64,000 nucleotides of DNA from Myxococcota bacterium (GCA_039028615.1 JBCCHT010000012.1:128001-192000); one strand, 5' to 3'; positions 1-9,542 are shown, counted from the stretch's first letter. Notes: generated by a model not told the origin, from the letters alone. Numbers and translations: made by a program.

Positions 1-235
1 CATCGGCCGCGCGTTGACCGGCTTGGGTGCCTTCGCCTGAGCCTCGACCCCTTCGTCCCACCGTCCATGGGGTGATCCAACCCCAGGACGGGTCCCGGGT
101 TTATTGTCTTGCGCACTATACGCGCAGCGCCTAAACCCCCTTCAATCGCCCCCCTGGCCAGCCCGCGTGGCTCACAGCGTACCGCGCGGCTGTATCTCGC
201 TACCCGCACGAGAATCCGTTACGCTGCCGATCCCG

Positions 236-754
236 GTGGTGCATCCCGTTCAGAGCGTCATCGAGTCGTTGCAGGCAGCCAGCCGCTGCCCTCGGCTCCA
301 CGTCAACGCCATGTTCGATGGCGTAGTTTGCCCTGATTTCATCCGCGATCAGTGGCGTGAGCGGCTCATCATCGACCTCGATCCGAGCTATCCGCTGGAC
401 CTGACCTTCCTCGATGAAGTGCTGTCCGCGGACCTGTCGTTCGGTGGCTACGTGACCCGCTGTACCTTCCCGTACGGGGCCATTTACGTGGTCGCCGATC
501 GAAGCACGGGGCGCGGCATCGTGCTCGATCAGAACATGCCCGAGTCGGTGAAGCGCAGTCGCTACGGCAAGGGCGACGAAGCCCAGCGACCCACGCTGCG
601 CACGGTGGGCGGCTCGGACGATCCTTCGGGACCCGCCTCCGAGCCCGACGCCACCCGCAGCACGGACGAGCCGGCCACGGACATCGAGGCGACGGACGAC
701 AGCCAGGTCAAAAAGCGCCGCGCGGCCTTCAAGGTCATCGACGGCGGCGGCTGA
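236..754 (+). CDS. SspB-like (stringent starvation protein B / ClpXP specificity factor) protein
   Basis: Core 'LHVNAMFDGVVCPDFIR...LIIDL...DLTFLDEVLSADLSFGGYVTRCTFPYGAIY' resembles the SspB fold, followed by an acidic disordered linker and a C-terminal 'RAAFKVIDGGG' resembling a ClpX-binding tail. Start chosen at GTG 236; the ORF track starts at 104. Confidence 0.7.
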   Translation: MVHPVQSVIESLQAASRCPRLHVNAMFDGVVCPDFIRDQWRERLIIDLDPSYPLDLTFLDEVLSADLSFGGYVTRCTFPYGAIYVVADRSTGRGIVLDQNMPESVKRSRYGKGDEAQRPTLRTVGGSDDPSGPASEPDATRSTDEPATDIEATDDSQVKKRRAAFKVIDGGG

Positions 755-771
755 TCCGAGAGGTCGAGACG

Positions 772-1089
772 ATGAAGCCGGGCGTGCTTCCGAAGATCCT
801 GTCCGCCAGCGTGTTCGGACTGACCTTGGCGCTGTTTTCGGTGTGGTGGTTCATGATCCGCGCACCGGGCCCGGCCGAGGTCTGCGAGCACATCCTGCAG
901 GTCACCCTGCGCGAGGCGTCGGGCCAGGGCCTCAGCCCCGAGAGCCAACAGAAGCTGGTCGAGTCCACGCGCACGCAGTGCATCGAGCACAAGCAGGACA
1001 AGATCCAGCTGCGCGGGCGCATCAAGTACGCCACCTACGCCAAGTGCGTGATGGCGGCCCAAGACTTGCTGACCATCGGCCGCTGCTAA
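772..1089 (+). CDS. Small membrane-anchored protein with four Cys
   Basis: N-terminal hydrophobic helix (ILSASVFGLTLALFSVWWFMI) and Cys pattern VCEHI...QCIE...KCVMAA...GRC; strong GC3 bias; GAGAGG upstream. Confidence 0.8.
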   Translation: MKPGVLPKILSASVFGLTLALFSVWWFMIRAPGPAEVCEHILQVTLREASGQGLSPESQQKLVESTRTQCIEHKQDKIQLRGRIKYATYAKCVMAAQDLLTIGRC

Positions 1090-1095
1090 GCTGTC

Positions 1096-1488
1096 GTGGT
1101 GCTCGAGCTGCGGGTCCACGAGAAGGTAGAGCCCACGACCGAGGCGCGGCTTTCGGGCGTGGTCGCCCATCAACATACGCTGCGCGACGTCGTGGCCTGG
1201 ATGGCGGCGGCCGGGGGCACCCCGTCCATCGTGACGATCATCGAGCAGGACGAGTTCACCAGCGATGTCGTCGTCCGCGAGTCCGACGGCGTGTTCCTGG
1301 TCTACGACTGCACCTGACTGGGCGCGGTGACGGCGGTCGCCGTCTGGGCCCACGCTCCCAACGCCGACGAGCTGCTCGACGCGCGCATCAGCGCGGGATG
1401 GCGGCCCGTGCCCACCGCGACCGTCAACGGGCCCGTGATCATGGGCCACGCCGCCACCCGTTGTACGCCGCAGCTCGGCTGCCGCTAG
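1096..1488 (+). CDS. Candidate selenoprotein (~130 aa, in-frame TGA at 1315-1317, C-T-U motif); otherwise a 73-aa protein ending at 1317
   Basis: The frame stays open after the TGA (LGAVTAVAVWAHAPNADELLDARISAGWRPVPTATVNGPVIMGHAATRCTPQLGCR, TAG at 1486-1488) with unchanged G/C third-position bias, and a SECIS-like hairpin follows the TGA. Confidence 0.65.
1315..1352 (+). promoter_or_regulatory. Putative bacterial SECIS element
   Basis: TGA, 11-nt spacer (CTGGGCGCGGT), then GACGGC-GGTC-GCCGTC (perfect 6-bp stem, GGUC loop, 1329-1344). A lower stem pairs TGGGC (1319-1323) with GCCCA (1348-1352). Confidence 0.6.
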
Positions 1489-1609
1489 CTGGCCGAAAAG
1501 CGGCGCAGGACAGGGTTCTGCGGGCCTGGCCGCCCAAGGGTCCTTTTTTCGAGATTTTCGTGAACTCGATCGAACGGCCGACAACTACTCCGGCGAAGGG
1601 GTTGTCCGC

Positions 1610-2362
1610 ATGTCTCGTTCTCGCTCGTTGCTGATGCTGCTCGCCATTCCGTTCGCCACCGCCTGCGCCGGGGGGACCCAGAACGAAGGCGCGGGAAGCC
1701 TGTCCGGCGGATACAGCGCGGGCTCGCCCGGCGGGGGCATGACCGACGGCGAGGAGCCCGAGGGCAGCGACACCGACCCCTACCCCACCGCCAACCCGAT
1801 GCCGGCCGAGGGTAGCGGGGATGGAGGCACCGACGGCTGGACCTCGGGGCAGGGAGACGACGGCGCCCCGGAGTGCTGCGAGGTCGCGCCCACCCCCGGC
1901 TGCGGCAGCGAGGTCACCGAGGCCTGTGTCTGCACGTTGATGCCCGCGTGTTGCCAGCAGGTGTGGTCCGCGGACTGTGTCGATCTGGCCGTGGAGTGTG
2001 GCGATCCGTACTGCGTCGAAGGGGGCAGCGACGACGGCGACATGGGCACCACGGGCGGCGACCCGGTCGAGCTGCCCTGCGACGACGCGTTCGACTTCTT
2101 CCCGCTCCACCCCGCCCCCGGCGTCGGCTTCGACGGGATGTTCAGCGACCCCAACGGCCTGACCTGGGTGCACATGCGGGCGGAGGGACCGGGCGGCGTG
2201 ACCATCGACGGCAGCTGGGTCGGAGTGGAAGGCGGCAGCCCCTTCACCTGGACGTGGAGCTTCGCCGGGATGGCGGCCGGGACCTGGACCTTCACCTTCA
2301 CCCATCGGGAGAGTGAAGGCGGACCCGAGCTGGTGCACGGGACATGTCAGAAGCAGTTCTGA
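1610..2362 (+). CDS. Cys-rich lipoprotein
   Basis: Lipobox FATAC, G/S/D-rich linker, Cys cluster ECCEVAPTPGCGSEVTEACVCTLMPACCQQVWSADCV, Ig-like beta C-terminus. Confidence 0.85.
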   Translation: MSRSRSLLMLLAIPFATACAGGTQNEGAGSLSGGYSAGSPGGGMTDGEEPEGSDTDPYPTANPMPAEGSGDGGTDGWTSGQGDDGAPECCEVAPTPGCGSEVTEACVCTLMPACCQQVWSADCVDLAVECGDPYCVEGGSDDGDMGTTGGDPVELPCDDAFDFFPLHPAPGVGFDGMFSDPNGLTWVHMRAEGPGGVTIDGSWVGVEGGSPFTWTWSFAGMAAGTWTFTFTHRESEGGPELVHGTCQKQF

Positions 2363-2364
2363 GC

Positions 2365-2859
2365 CTAGGGAGGCCCGGCTTCGGTGGTGAGCTCGATGCG
2401 GGTGGCCTCGAAGCGCGAGCCGTCGCGATCGAAGCGCGGCTGCCCCTCGAGGCGGTAGCGAGCGTCGAGGTCGAGCGCCTGGGCTCCGCACGGCGACGGC
2501 GGCGGCACCTCGCCATCGCTCGGCTCGGTGCAGCGGGCGGGCACCTCGATGCCCAGAGGACGAAGCACGACCGTCATCGAGCGCTCATCCTCCGCGTCGA
2601 CGAGCAGCCACGGCCCGGGGCCTTCGGCCTCGTAGCGCAGGCGGGCGAACAACACGATCGTCTCCCCGTTCCAGCGCGCGGGATGGCCGGCCATGTCGTT
2701 GACCCCCAGCGTGGCCGGGGCGGCGGGCGGGACATCGGGAGGCCGGGCGGAGTCCTCGGGTGATGGCTCGACCCGCGTCGGCGTGGGCTCGGGCCCGGCC
2801 GCGCGTGGGCCGGCGCACCCGAACGCCAGCATGCTCGTGGCCAGCGCGATCCGCTTCAT
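2365..2859 (-). CDS. Hypothetical lipoprotein
   Basis: MKRIALATSMLAFGC lipobox; ATG overlaps the upstream stop (ATGA at 2856-2859). Confidence 0.75.
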   Translation of the reverse strand: MKRIALATSMLAFGCAGPRAAGPEPTPTRVEPSPEDSARPPDVPPAAPATLGVNDMAGHPARWNGETIVLFARLRYEAEGPGPWLLVDAEDERSMTVVLRPLGIEVPARCTEPSDGEVPPPSPCGAQALDLDARYRLEGQPRFDRDGSRFEATRIELTTEAGPP

Positions 2860-3824
2860 GGATCGAGCTGCTTCATGCTCACCGACAGACCCATCTGCGT
2901 CTCGGCTTTCTGATGCTGCCCGAGCACCGTCAGGTCCATGACCATCGACATGTCCATCGTCATCGTCATCTCGACGGGCGCGGCCGCGCTCAGGTCGATG
3001 GTGCTCGACCCCTGGCCCGAGGCCCGAAACTCGCTCGCCCGCGCGGTGGACTCGGTCATGCCGGGCGCCTGCACGTTGGGATCGAGCAGCTCCTGCTGAA
3101 CCTGGACGTCGAACATCAGGCGGTCGCCGTCCCGCGACAGCAGGTGGTAGCGGCTCGTCTGGCGCAGCTTCATCCCGCTCTGCTTGATGTCCTCCACCGT
3201 CGTCCACTTCGCGCCCGGCCCCACCGCGGGCTCGGGCAGCGGCACCGACATCTGACCCAGGCTCTGGGTCATCTGCTGCATCATCGTGTGCACGTTGGCG
3301 GGCAGGTCGCGGGGAAGCTCGGCCTCTCCTCCCAGCACCGTGCCCCGGTCGTTCATCTCGATGCGCCCGCGATACTTCATCAGGGGCATCACCGTCTTCT
3401 CCACGTTCTCGACCACCGCAGGGGGGCTGTCTTCGGCCGCGGTGACGATGACGCCCCCGACCGATTGCTCGACGTGAAAGCCCGCGTCGCCCACTTCGGT
3501 GACCTTGCTCTCGAGCGAGACCGCGATCGTCGGGACCGGCAGCTCCACGGACTCTTCGGCCGCCTTCTTCATGGTCATGGTCGTGCCCATGGTGAGCTTC
3601 AGGACCTGGCTTCCCCCCGCCTTCGGGTGCAGCCGCAGCACCGCCCGGGGCTCCGCCCCCGCATCCTCGACCTTCACGGCCGGCGCCTTGCGAGCGGGGA
3701 TGGCGATGGTCTCGACCCCCTTCGCCGCCGTCGCGGCGCCCTCGGCCGCGTCTTCGTTCTTCTTTCCGCACCCGAGGCCGAGTCCGACCACGGCCAGCAT
3801 CATGACGAGAGCCCGCTTGTGCAT
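2856..3824 (-). CDS. Lipoprotein, DUF6263-like
   Basis: MHKRALVMMLAVVGLGLGC lipobox; 'DAGAEPRAVLRL' and 'VPLPEPAVGPGAKWT' motifs typical of this beta-rich family. Confidence 0.75.
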   Translation of the reverse strand: MHKRALVMMLAVVGLGLGCGKKNEDAAEGAATAAKGVETIAIPARKAPAVKVEDAGAEPRAVLRLHPKAGGSQVLKLTMGTTMTMKKAAEESVELPVPTIAVSLESKVTEVGDAGFHVEQSVGGVIVTAAEDSPPAVVENVEKTVMPLMKYRGRIEMNDRGTVLGGEAELPRDLPANVHTMMQQMTQSLGQMSVPLPEPAVGPGAKWTTVEDIKQSGMKLRQTSRYHLLSRDGDRLMFDVQVQQELLDPNVQAPGMTESTARASEFRASGQGSSTIDLSAAAPVEMTMTMDMSMVMDLTVLGQHQKAETQMGLSVSMKQLDP

Positions 3825-3925
3825 GGAGGCTGGACGGTAGCAGGCCCCGTTCCTCCTTCCCCAGCGAAAACCCGAGCGCTCTCGCCCTGGTCTCGTGATC
3901 CACACCTCGCTCCCAATCCACGCCG

Positions 3926-5416
3926 ATGATGATGAGCACGCAATCCTCGCCCCGGTGGGTCGTCACGCTCGCCGCCACGCTGCTGGCCACGGCCCTGCCC
4001 TCCACGAGCGCCGAGGCCTGTCCCTGGGCCTATCCCATCGGCGACTCGGCCGTCAGCCCGGCGCCGCTGTTCAACGGGCACCCGGTCGGCGGCGGCAACC
4101 TCCCCAACTTGGGCGTGCACCTGGGCGCCGACTACTGGAGCGGAGGCGGCTGCACCGACCTCGGGCAGACGGTCTACGCGGTGGCCGACGGGGAGATCGT
4201 GGAGATCGTCGACGGCCTGGGCAGCTACCTCGACGTCGTCGTCATCCGCCACGAAGACGCCTCCGCGGGCACCGTGTACTCGATGTACGGCCACATCTCG
4301 CGCGAGGCCGGCCTGGCGGAGGGACAGCTGGTCGACTACCGCCAGCCCATCGGGTTCATCGACGACGTCCTGGCCTACTTCAGCCCCTGCCACCTGCACT
4401 TCGAGATCCTCAACGAGCAGGCCTACCAGCAGGGGCCCTTTTGCAATGGCTGCGCGGCGGCGGGCTTTCACGTGTCCCCCGGCTACGACCAGCAGGCGGG
4501 CGTCGTGGCGGGCATGGACCCCAGCGGCGACACCTGGCTCGACGTCGACGACGGCATCGCGGACAACCGCTGGTACCACACCGACGCGTTCATCGACGCC
4601 CGCCTCGATGCTACCTGCGGGGAGTGTGGAGACGGGATCTGCGAGGGCAACGAGACCTACGACGAGTGCCCCGCCGATTGCCCTCCCTGTGCCCTGATCC
4701 CTCCCGAAGGCGGCACGCTCGACGAGACGGGCGCGTGCTTCTTCGCGGGCGGGGACCCGACCTACTGGAACGTCGACAACGACACGGGCTTCGAAAGCAG
4801 CCTGCGGTGGACCCACACCACCGACTCCACGATCGTCGACAACTACGGGATCTGGAGCTTGGCCTTCGCCGAAGCGGGGCAGTATCGGCTCGAAGCCTGG
4901 ATCGAGCCGGGCTCCGCCGACACCGAGCTAGCGAGCTACCAGGTGCGGCACGCGGGCGCGATGGACACCGTGGTGGTCGACCAATCCGCGGGGGATGGCT
5001 GGGTCACGCTGGCCGAGTACGAGTTCGCGGCCGAGGGTGACCAGTGGATCCGGCTCGACGACAACACGGGCGAGGCCTTCTCCACGATGACGCGCATCGT
5101 GTTCGATGGCATTCGGCTGACGCGGCTCGATCCGACGCCGGGCGGCAGCGAGTCCGGCGAGCCCCCGCCTGCGACCACCTCGAGCGGCTCGGGTGCGGAC
5201 GAGAGCGGTGCCCCGGCGACGACGGATGACGCGACGGACGAGGGTGGCTCCAATGCCACGGACACCGGCTCCCCGGGCGGAGGAGGCCCGGCCCTACCGG
5301 GTGCGCGCGAGTCCGAGGACTTTGGCTGTACCTGCCACGAAAACCGGAGCGCCCCGCCGTGGTGGGCGTTGCTGCTGCTCCCCGCGTTCCGTCGGCGCCG
5401 CTCCAAGAGGGCCTGA
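3926..5416 (+). CDS. Secreted M23-family peptidase with golvesin/xanthan-lyase-like C-terminal domain and MYXO-CTERM tail
   Basis: Signal peptide; M23 Zn ligands HLGAD and HLHFE, plus YAVADGEIV and YSMYGHI; beta-sandwich 'GQYRLEAWI...ASYQVRH...VDQSAGDGWVTL...FDGIRL'; tail GCTC...WWALLLLPAFRRRR. Confidence 0.85.
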   Translation: MMMSTQSSPRWVVTLAATLLATALPSTSAEACPWAYPIGDSAVSPAPLFNGHPVGGGNLPNLGVHLGADYWSGGGCTDLGQTVYAVADGEIVEIVDGLGSYLDVVVIRHEDASAGTVYSMYGHISREAGLAEGQLVDYRQPIGFIDDVLAYFSPCHLHFEILNEQAYQQGPFCNGCAAAGFHVSPGYDQQAGVVAGMDPSGDTWLDVDDGIADNRWYHTDAFIDARLDATCGECGDGICEGNETYDECPADCPPCALIPPEGGTLDETGACFFAGGDPTYWNVDNDTGFESSLRWTHTTDSTIVDNYGIWSLAFAEAGQYRLEAWIEPGSADTELASYQVRHAGAMDTVVVDQSAGDGWVTLAEYEFAAEGDQWIRLDDNTGEAFSTMTRIVFDGIRLTRLDPTPGGSESGEPPPATTSSGSGADESGAPATTDDATDEGGSNATDTGSPGGGGPALPGARESEDFGCTCHENRSAPPWWALLLLPAFRRRRSKRA

Positions 5417-5420
5417 ACGC

Positions 5421-6356
5421 TCAGCGGCGGTAGGGCGGCGGCTGAGCGAAGCCCGGCGCCACGTAGGGCCCCCGGGGGCGAGGCGGCGGCGGAGCCTGGT
5501 ACGTCGGCTGCGTGGTGACGCCTCGCGCCTGCAGCCCGACCATGCTGTCGTAGTACACGGTCACGAACGCATCGGGCCGACGACGACGGTGCCGCTTGAA
5601 TGCCACCTCTTGCACCGAGCTGTGCTGCGTGGCTCCGTAGCCCGTCCCCAGCTGACGCGGCTGCGCACGGGGGGCGAAGTCGCGGCTCTTCGCGGCCGCG
5701 GGCGCATCCTCAGCCGACTCGTCGTGGCTCGTCGCCCCCGCGTCCGGGAACGCACTCGGGGCGCGACGTTGCTCGGTCCCGCGATAGTAGGGCTCGTACA
5801 CGGGAGGCGGAGGCGTGGCCGCCTCCAGCTGCTTGCGGTACCGCCGAGCGCTGCGCCGACTCTCCTTGAACACCGCCACCCCGATCACCCCTGCGTTCTG
5901 TGGCGTGCCCCGCTGCGCGGTGTAGCTGTTTTCGAGGTTGGTGAACTGAAACGCGGCCACGTGATCGAGCGACTGGCGGAATCCATCGACGACGACGGTC
6001 GAGTAGGCCTCGAGCACATAGCCGCGCTGGCGCTTGTAGTTGCCCAGCTCTCCGCTGACCACGTCGCGACCATCCACCGTGACCACCACCTCGAGCCGCT
6101 CGCCGCTGTTGTTGGTCAGCCGCAGGCCGTAGTGCTGCCCCTCGGCGCCCGCGACATAGAGCGACCCGAGATGCATGAACGCAGGCAGCGAGGCACCCCC
6201 CGGCTGCACCACCTCGAGGCTCACCAGCGGATCGGACACGGGCTGCACCGGAGCGGGAGCAAAAGCGCGGCGAGGACGCGCTTGGGCCGGTTCGGCGACG
6301 GCGCCCGCGAGGACCAAGGACGCGAGGGCGATGAGGATCGAGCGGGATGGACGCAT
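5421..6356 (-). CDS. Conserved hypothetical secreted protein
   Basis: Signal peptide MRPSRSILIALASLVLAGAVAEPAQA; globular core LYVAGAEGQHYGLRLTN...VDGRDVVSG...GYVL...DGFRQS...GVIGVAVFKE; Pro-rich C-terminus. Confidence 0.8.
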   Translation of the reverse strand: MRPSRSILIALASLVLAGAVAEPAQARPRRAFAPAPVQPVSDPLVSLEVVQPGGASLPAFMHLGSLYVAGAEGQHYGLRLTNNSGERLEVVVTVDGRDVVSGELGNYKRQRGYVLEAYSTVVVDGFRQSLDHVAAFQFTNLENSYTAQRGTPQNAGVIGVAVFKESRRSARRYRKQLEAATPPPPVYEPYYRGTEQRRAPSAFPDAGATSHDESAEDAPAAAKSRDFAPRAQPRQLGTGYGATQHSSVQEVAFKRHRRRRPDAFVTVYYDSMVGLQARGVTTQPTYQAPPPPRPRGPYVAPGFAQPPPYRR

Positions 6357-6467
6357 GACGAAGGCTTCCGAAGGTCGTATTCGGCACCGTAGGGCCGATT
6401 CGACGCCCGGAACGCCTCCCCGAGCCCAGCCCTTACAGGGGAGTCCTCGGCATGGCACAACCGCCTC

Positions 6468-7295
6468 GTGCCCCGCTGGACCGAGCGCCGTGGCTTCACC
6501 CTTCGGCTGGCCGATCTCTCGCAGCTCGTGAAGCAACCCGCCGAGGCGCGATACCAAGTGGTGCGCCTGTCGCTGGTCGAGCGCCGCGGGCTGACCGGAG
6601 CGTGGTTCAACGTACGCGAGGCCCGAGCCGAGCTGAGCGACGACGACCGCGACTCGCCGCTGGCCGGGGGTCGAGCCCTGTCGTGGCGATGGCTGCGACA
6701 GATCGAGGCCGAGCGCCTGCTCGACCAGCGCCTTCGAACGCTCCAGGCCCTCGGGTACCACATGGTCGACGCGGCCATGACCGGGCGCGGGCGCTGGGAC
6801 TGGCTCTACGATCTGGTGCGTCGCGGCCTGGAGCCAGCCACCCCCGACACGCCCGAGTCCGCCTCCCCCGGCCAAGCCCTGCACGACGCCCTCGAGCGCA
6901 TCGGGTTGTCGCCCGACGCGATCACCGAGGGGGTCGCCACCGTACTCGAGCTGTCGATCCACGATCTGCGCGAGCCCAGCGCGAGCGTGGTGGCGCGCGT
7001 CGACTCGGAGCAGCTCGGGGTCCTGCTGCCGTTTTTGGTGGAGCACGGACACCCGGAGATCCGGGGCATCGGCGAGAACTGGGTGGCCTGCCCCGGTGCC
7101 GCGTTCCAGCTGTCGCCATCCGCCGTCGAGCAGTGGCTGACCAACCCGGGGCGCATGGGCGACCTGCTCGCCGATCGCGTGCGTGGAGACGGCCTGGCCC
7201 TGCTCGGGCCCGATGCCCTGCTGCGGCTGTCGAAGGCCTCGTCGCGCAGCATGGTGCGGCAGTCGGCCGCGCAGTGGCTCGGCCGACTCGCCTGA
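6468..7295 (+). CDS. Hypothetical protein
   Basis: 275-aa ORF with natural composition and GC3 bias; no recognised motif. Confidence 0.7.
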   Translation: MPRWTERRGFTLRLADLSQLVKQPAEARYQVVRLSLVERRGLTGAWFNVREARAELSDDDRDSPLAGGRALSWRWLRQIEAERLLDQRLRTLQALGYHMVDAAMTGRGRWDWLYDLVRRGLEPATPDTPESASPGQALHDALERIGLSPDAITEGVATVLELSIHDLREPSASVVARVDSEQLGVLLPFLVEHGHPEIRGIGENWVACPGAAFQLSPSAVEQWLTNPGRMGDLLADRVRGDGLALLGPDALLRLSKASSRSMVRQSAAQWLGRLA

Positions 7296-7460
7296 CCGCG
7301 AACGCTCGGTCGTTCGAGGGCTCGGCCCGTCGAAGCCGAATCTAAACATTTGAAATCATTGAAAAAGTTTGGAAATTCGTTCAACGGGCATGCCCTTGTG
7401 CAGCGCAATCGGTCCCCGCGAGGGTTGCGGCCGCATGGGCTGAGCTACCCTCCGCGTGCC

Positions 7461-8897
7461 GTGACGCGTTCGGCCCCCGCTCCCACTTCCGCTGTCGCTT
7501 CTTCGTTCCCCCTGCGTGGGACTCGGGCCACGTCTCGCCGCATCGCGATGGCCTTGGCCTTGCTCATGGGCGCGGCTCCGCTCGCATGCAAGACCTCCGA
7601 GCCCCCCGCGGGCTCGGCCGGAGCAAGTGCCACCGCGATGGGCAGCTGGTCGGAGTGGCAAGACCTCGGCCCGCTGGTCGAGGTCGCCCGCAACCACGCC
7701 GACGAGCGCACGGTCTCGGTGCTCGAGCAGACCCAGACCTTGTTGCGCGAGGGCAAGGCGGCCAGCGCCGATCGCCAGCTGTCGCAGGCCGCCGACACGG
7801 CGGGTCGACACTGGGTGGCCGTCGCCCGGGGCGACCTCGCCTCGCTGTACTTCACCGTCTGCATTCGCGGCGTGGCCTGGCGACTCGAAGACGGCCGACA
7901 GGGCGGCCCCACCGATCGCGAGGTCGACTTCTCGGAGGAGCGACGGATCAAGCCCGAGGACATCTCGGTCGAGGCCACCCTCACCAATCTCGACGCCGCG
8001 GTGTCCTCGGAGATCGACGCGCTCTCCGTGCAGGCTCGCATCGCCCGGGCCCGCGTCGCCGCCTATACCGAGCGCTGTCCGCCCAACGAGGACGTAGCCC
8101 GGCTCGCGCAGCGCATCCTCGACGCCGACCTGGCCACCTTGGCCGCGGAAGGCCACCTCACGCCCGATCTCGCCTATCTGTGGGCGGGCGTGCAGATGAC
8201 CCGCTTCTCGGGTTCCGCCGCCCAGCCCTTCCTCATGCAGGCGCGCGAGGGTGGCTTCGACCATCCCGCGGTCACGTACATGCTCGCGGTGATCTCGCTC
8301 GAGAACGGCGACCTCGACCGCGCGGACACGCTGGCGAGCGAGGCGGTCGCCACCTACGCCGAGCTCGGAGACAAGGCCCAGCAGGCCCAGGGTTCCTTCA
8401 TTCGCGGCGAGGTGTCCCGGCAGCGCAGCAAGATGGAGGACGCGCGCAAGCACTTCGAAGAAGCGCTAGCGCAGCAGCCCAGCCACATCCCCGCCCTGCT
8501 CGCCATCGCCGGCATCGTGCACGAAAACGACGGCGAAGACGCGGCCGTCGAGTACATCCACGGCGTGCTGCCAGCGCTGCTGCTCGACGGCGAGCTCGAT
8601 GCGGGACGTGCCCGCGAAGCCGCGGGCAACGTGGAGTCGCTGGTGATCGTGGCCGACACGCCCTTCCTCGCCCAGCTGTGCCGCGACGCCCTGCTCTTCG
8701 ACATCGACGACGAAGAAGACGCGATGCGCCGAGGCATTCGCTACTTCTACGTCGCCACGCTCGACGTCCGCCTGCGCGAGTACGAGATCGCCCAGGGGCA
8801 CGCCGTGTTGGCCAAGGACGAGTTCGAGGAAGCCTTCGTCCCGCCGCCGATCGACGTGCAGAGGTTCCTCGATCGGCTGTCCGAGTCGGGCGGATAG
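7461..8897 (+). CDS. TPR-containing lipoprotein
   Basis: Lipobox AAPLAC; TPR-like helices (YMLAVISLENGDLDRA, FIRGEVSRQRSKMEDARKHFEEALAQQP). Start uncertain (7461 or 7548). Confidence 0.8.
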   Translation: MTRSAPAPTSAVASSFPLRGTRATSRRIAMALALLMGAAPLACKTSEPPAGSAGASATAMGSWSEWQDLGPLVEVARNHADERTVSVLEQTQTLLREGKAASADRQLSQAADTAGRHWVAVARGDLASLYFTVCIRGVAWRLEDGRQGGPTDREVDFSEERRIKPEDISVEATLTNLDAAVSSEIDALSVQARIARARVAAYTERCPPNEDVARLAQRILDADLATLAAEGHLTPDLAYLWAGVQMTRFSGSAAQPFLMQAREGGFDHPAVTYMLAVISLENGDLDRADTLASEAVATYAELGDKAQQAQGSFIRGEVSRQRSKMEDARKHFEEALAQQPSHIPALLAIAGIVHENDGEDAAVEYIHGVLPALLLDGELDAGRAREAAGNVESLVIVADTPFLAQLCRDALLFDIDDEEDAMRRGIRYFYVATLDVRLREYEIAQGHAVLAKDEFEEAFVPPPIDVQRFLDRLSESGG

Positions 8898-8921
8898 GCA
8901 CCGCCCGCTCGGCTCATCTGC

Positions 8922-9542
8922 TCACTCGCAGAAAAGCCACTTTTGGGGCACGCATTCGCCCTGGCCGTTGCACGCGTGCTGCGACTTCACGCGCGAGGCT
9001 CCTCCGATCACGACATCGGCAACGGGCTCTGGCAAGGTCTCGGCCAGGCACTCGATCTCGTAGGCATCGCTCGGTCCGCAGACCGCTCCGGGCAGGCACG
9101 GAGTCCCGCATTCCTCTCCGTCGGAGCACGTGCCGCTACCGCAGGCCTGAGGCCACAGTCCACAGGAACCTTCTTCGGTGCAGTACCCCGTGGCCACCTG
9201 GCCGCCGGGTCTCTCGATCATGCACAGGCTTCCGCAGGTGGTGCACTCAGGCCCTTCGGGCTCGACCTCCAGCGGCTCGCAGCTCTCCGAAATCCGGTCC
9301 ATACACAGGCCGGTCGAGTTGCAGCGATACAGCTCGAACGCGGGCAGCTCGTCCGCGGGGCCTTGGTTCACCACCCCTCCGCATAGCTTCCCGCAGTCGT
9401 CTGCCTCGTCACAGATGGCGAACTTGAGGCCTCGCTCCTCGAGCTCGGGCGACGCATCTTCGATCACCTCGAAGTCCGGATCGTCGTACTCCGAGCAGGC
9501 ACCGAGCATCAGCAACGCGAGGGGGATCAGGCATCGTTTCAT
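8922..9542 (-). CDS. Cys-rich lipoprotein
   Basis: MKRCLIPLALLMLGAC lipobox; repeated CGxxC...CxxxGxC units. Confidence 0.8.
   Translation of the reverse strand: MKRCLIPLALLMLGACSEYDDPDFEVIEDASPELEERGLKFAICDEADDCGKLCGGVVNQGPADELPAFELYRCNSTGLCMDRISESCEPLEVEPEGPECTTCGSLCMIERPGGQVATGYCTEEGSCGLWPQACGSGTCSDGEECGTPCLPGAVCGPSDAYEIECLAETLPEPVADVVIGGASRVKSQHACNGQGECVPQKWLFCE

Noticed and set aside
1..100. 5' end of a minus-strand gene at the window edge
   Set aside because: Too little sequence to fix the frame or start.
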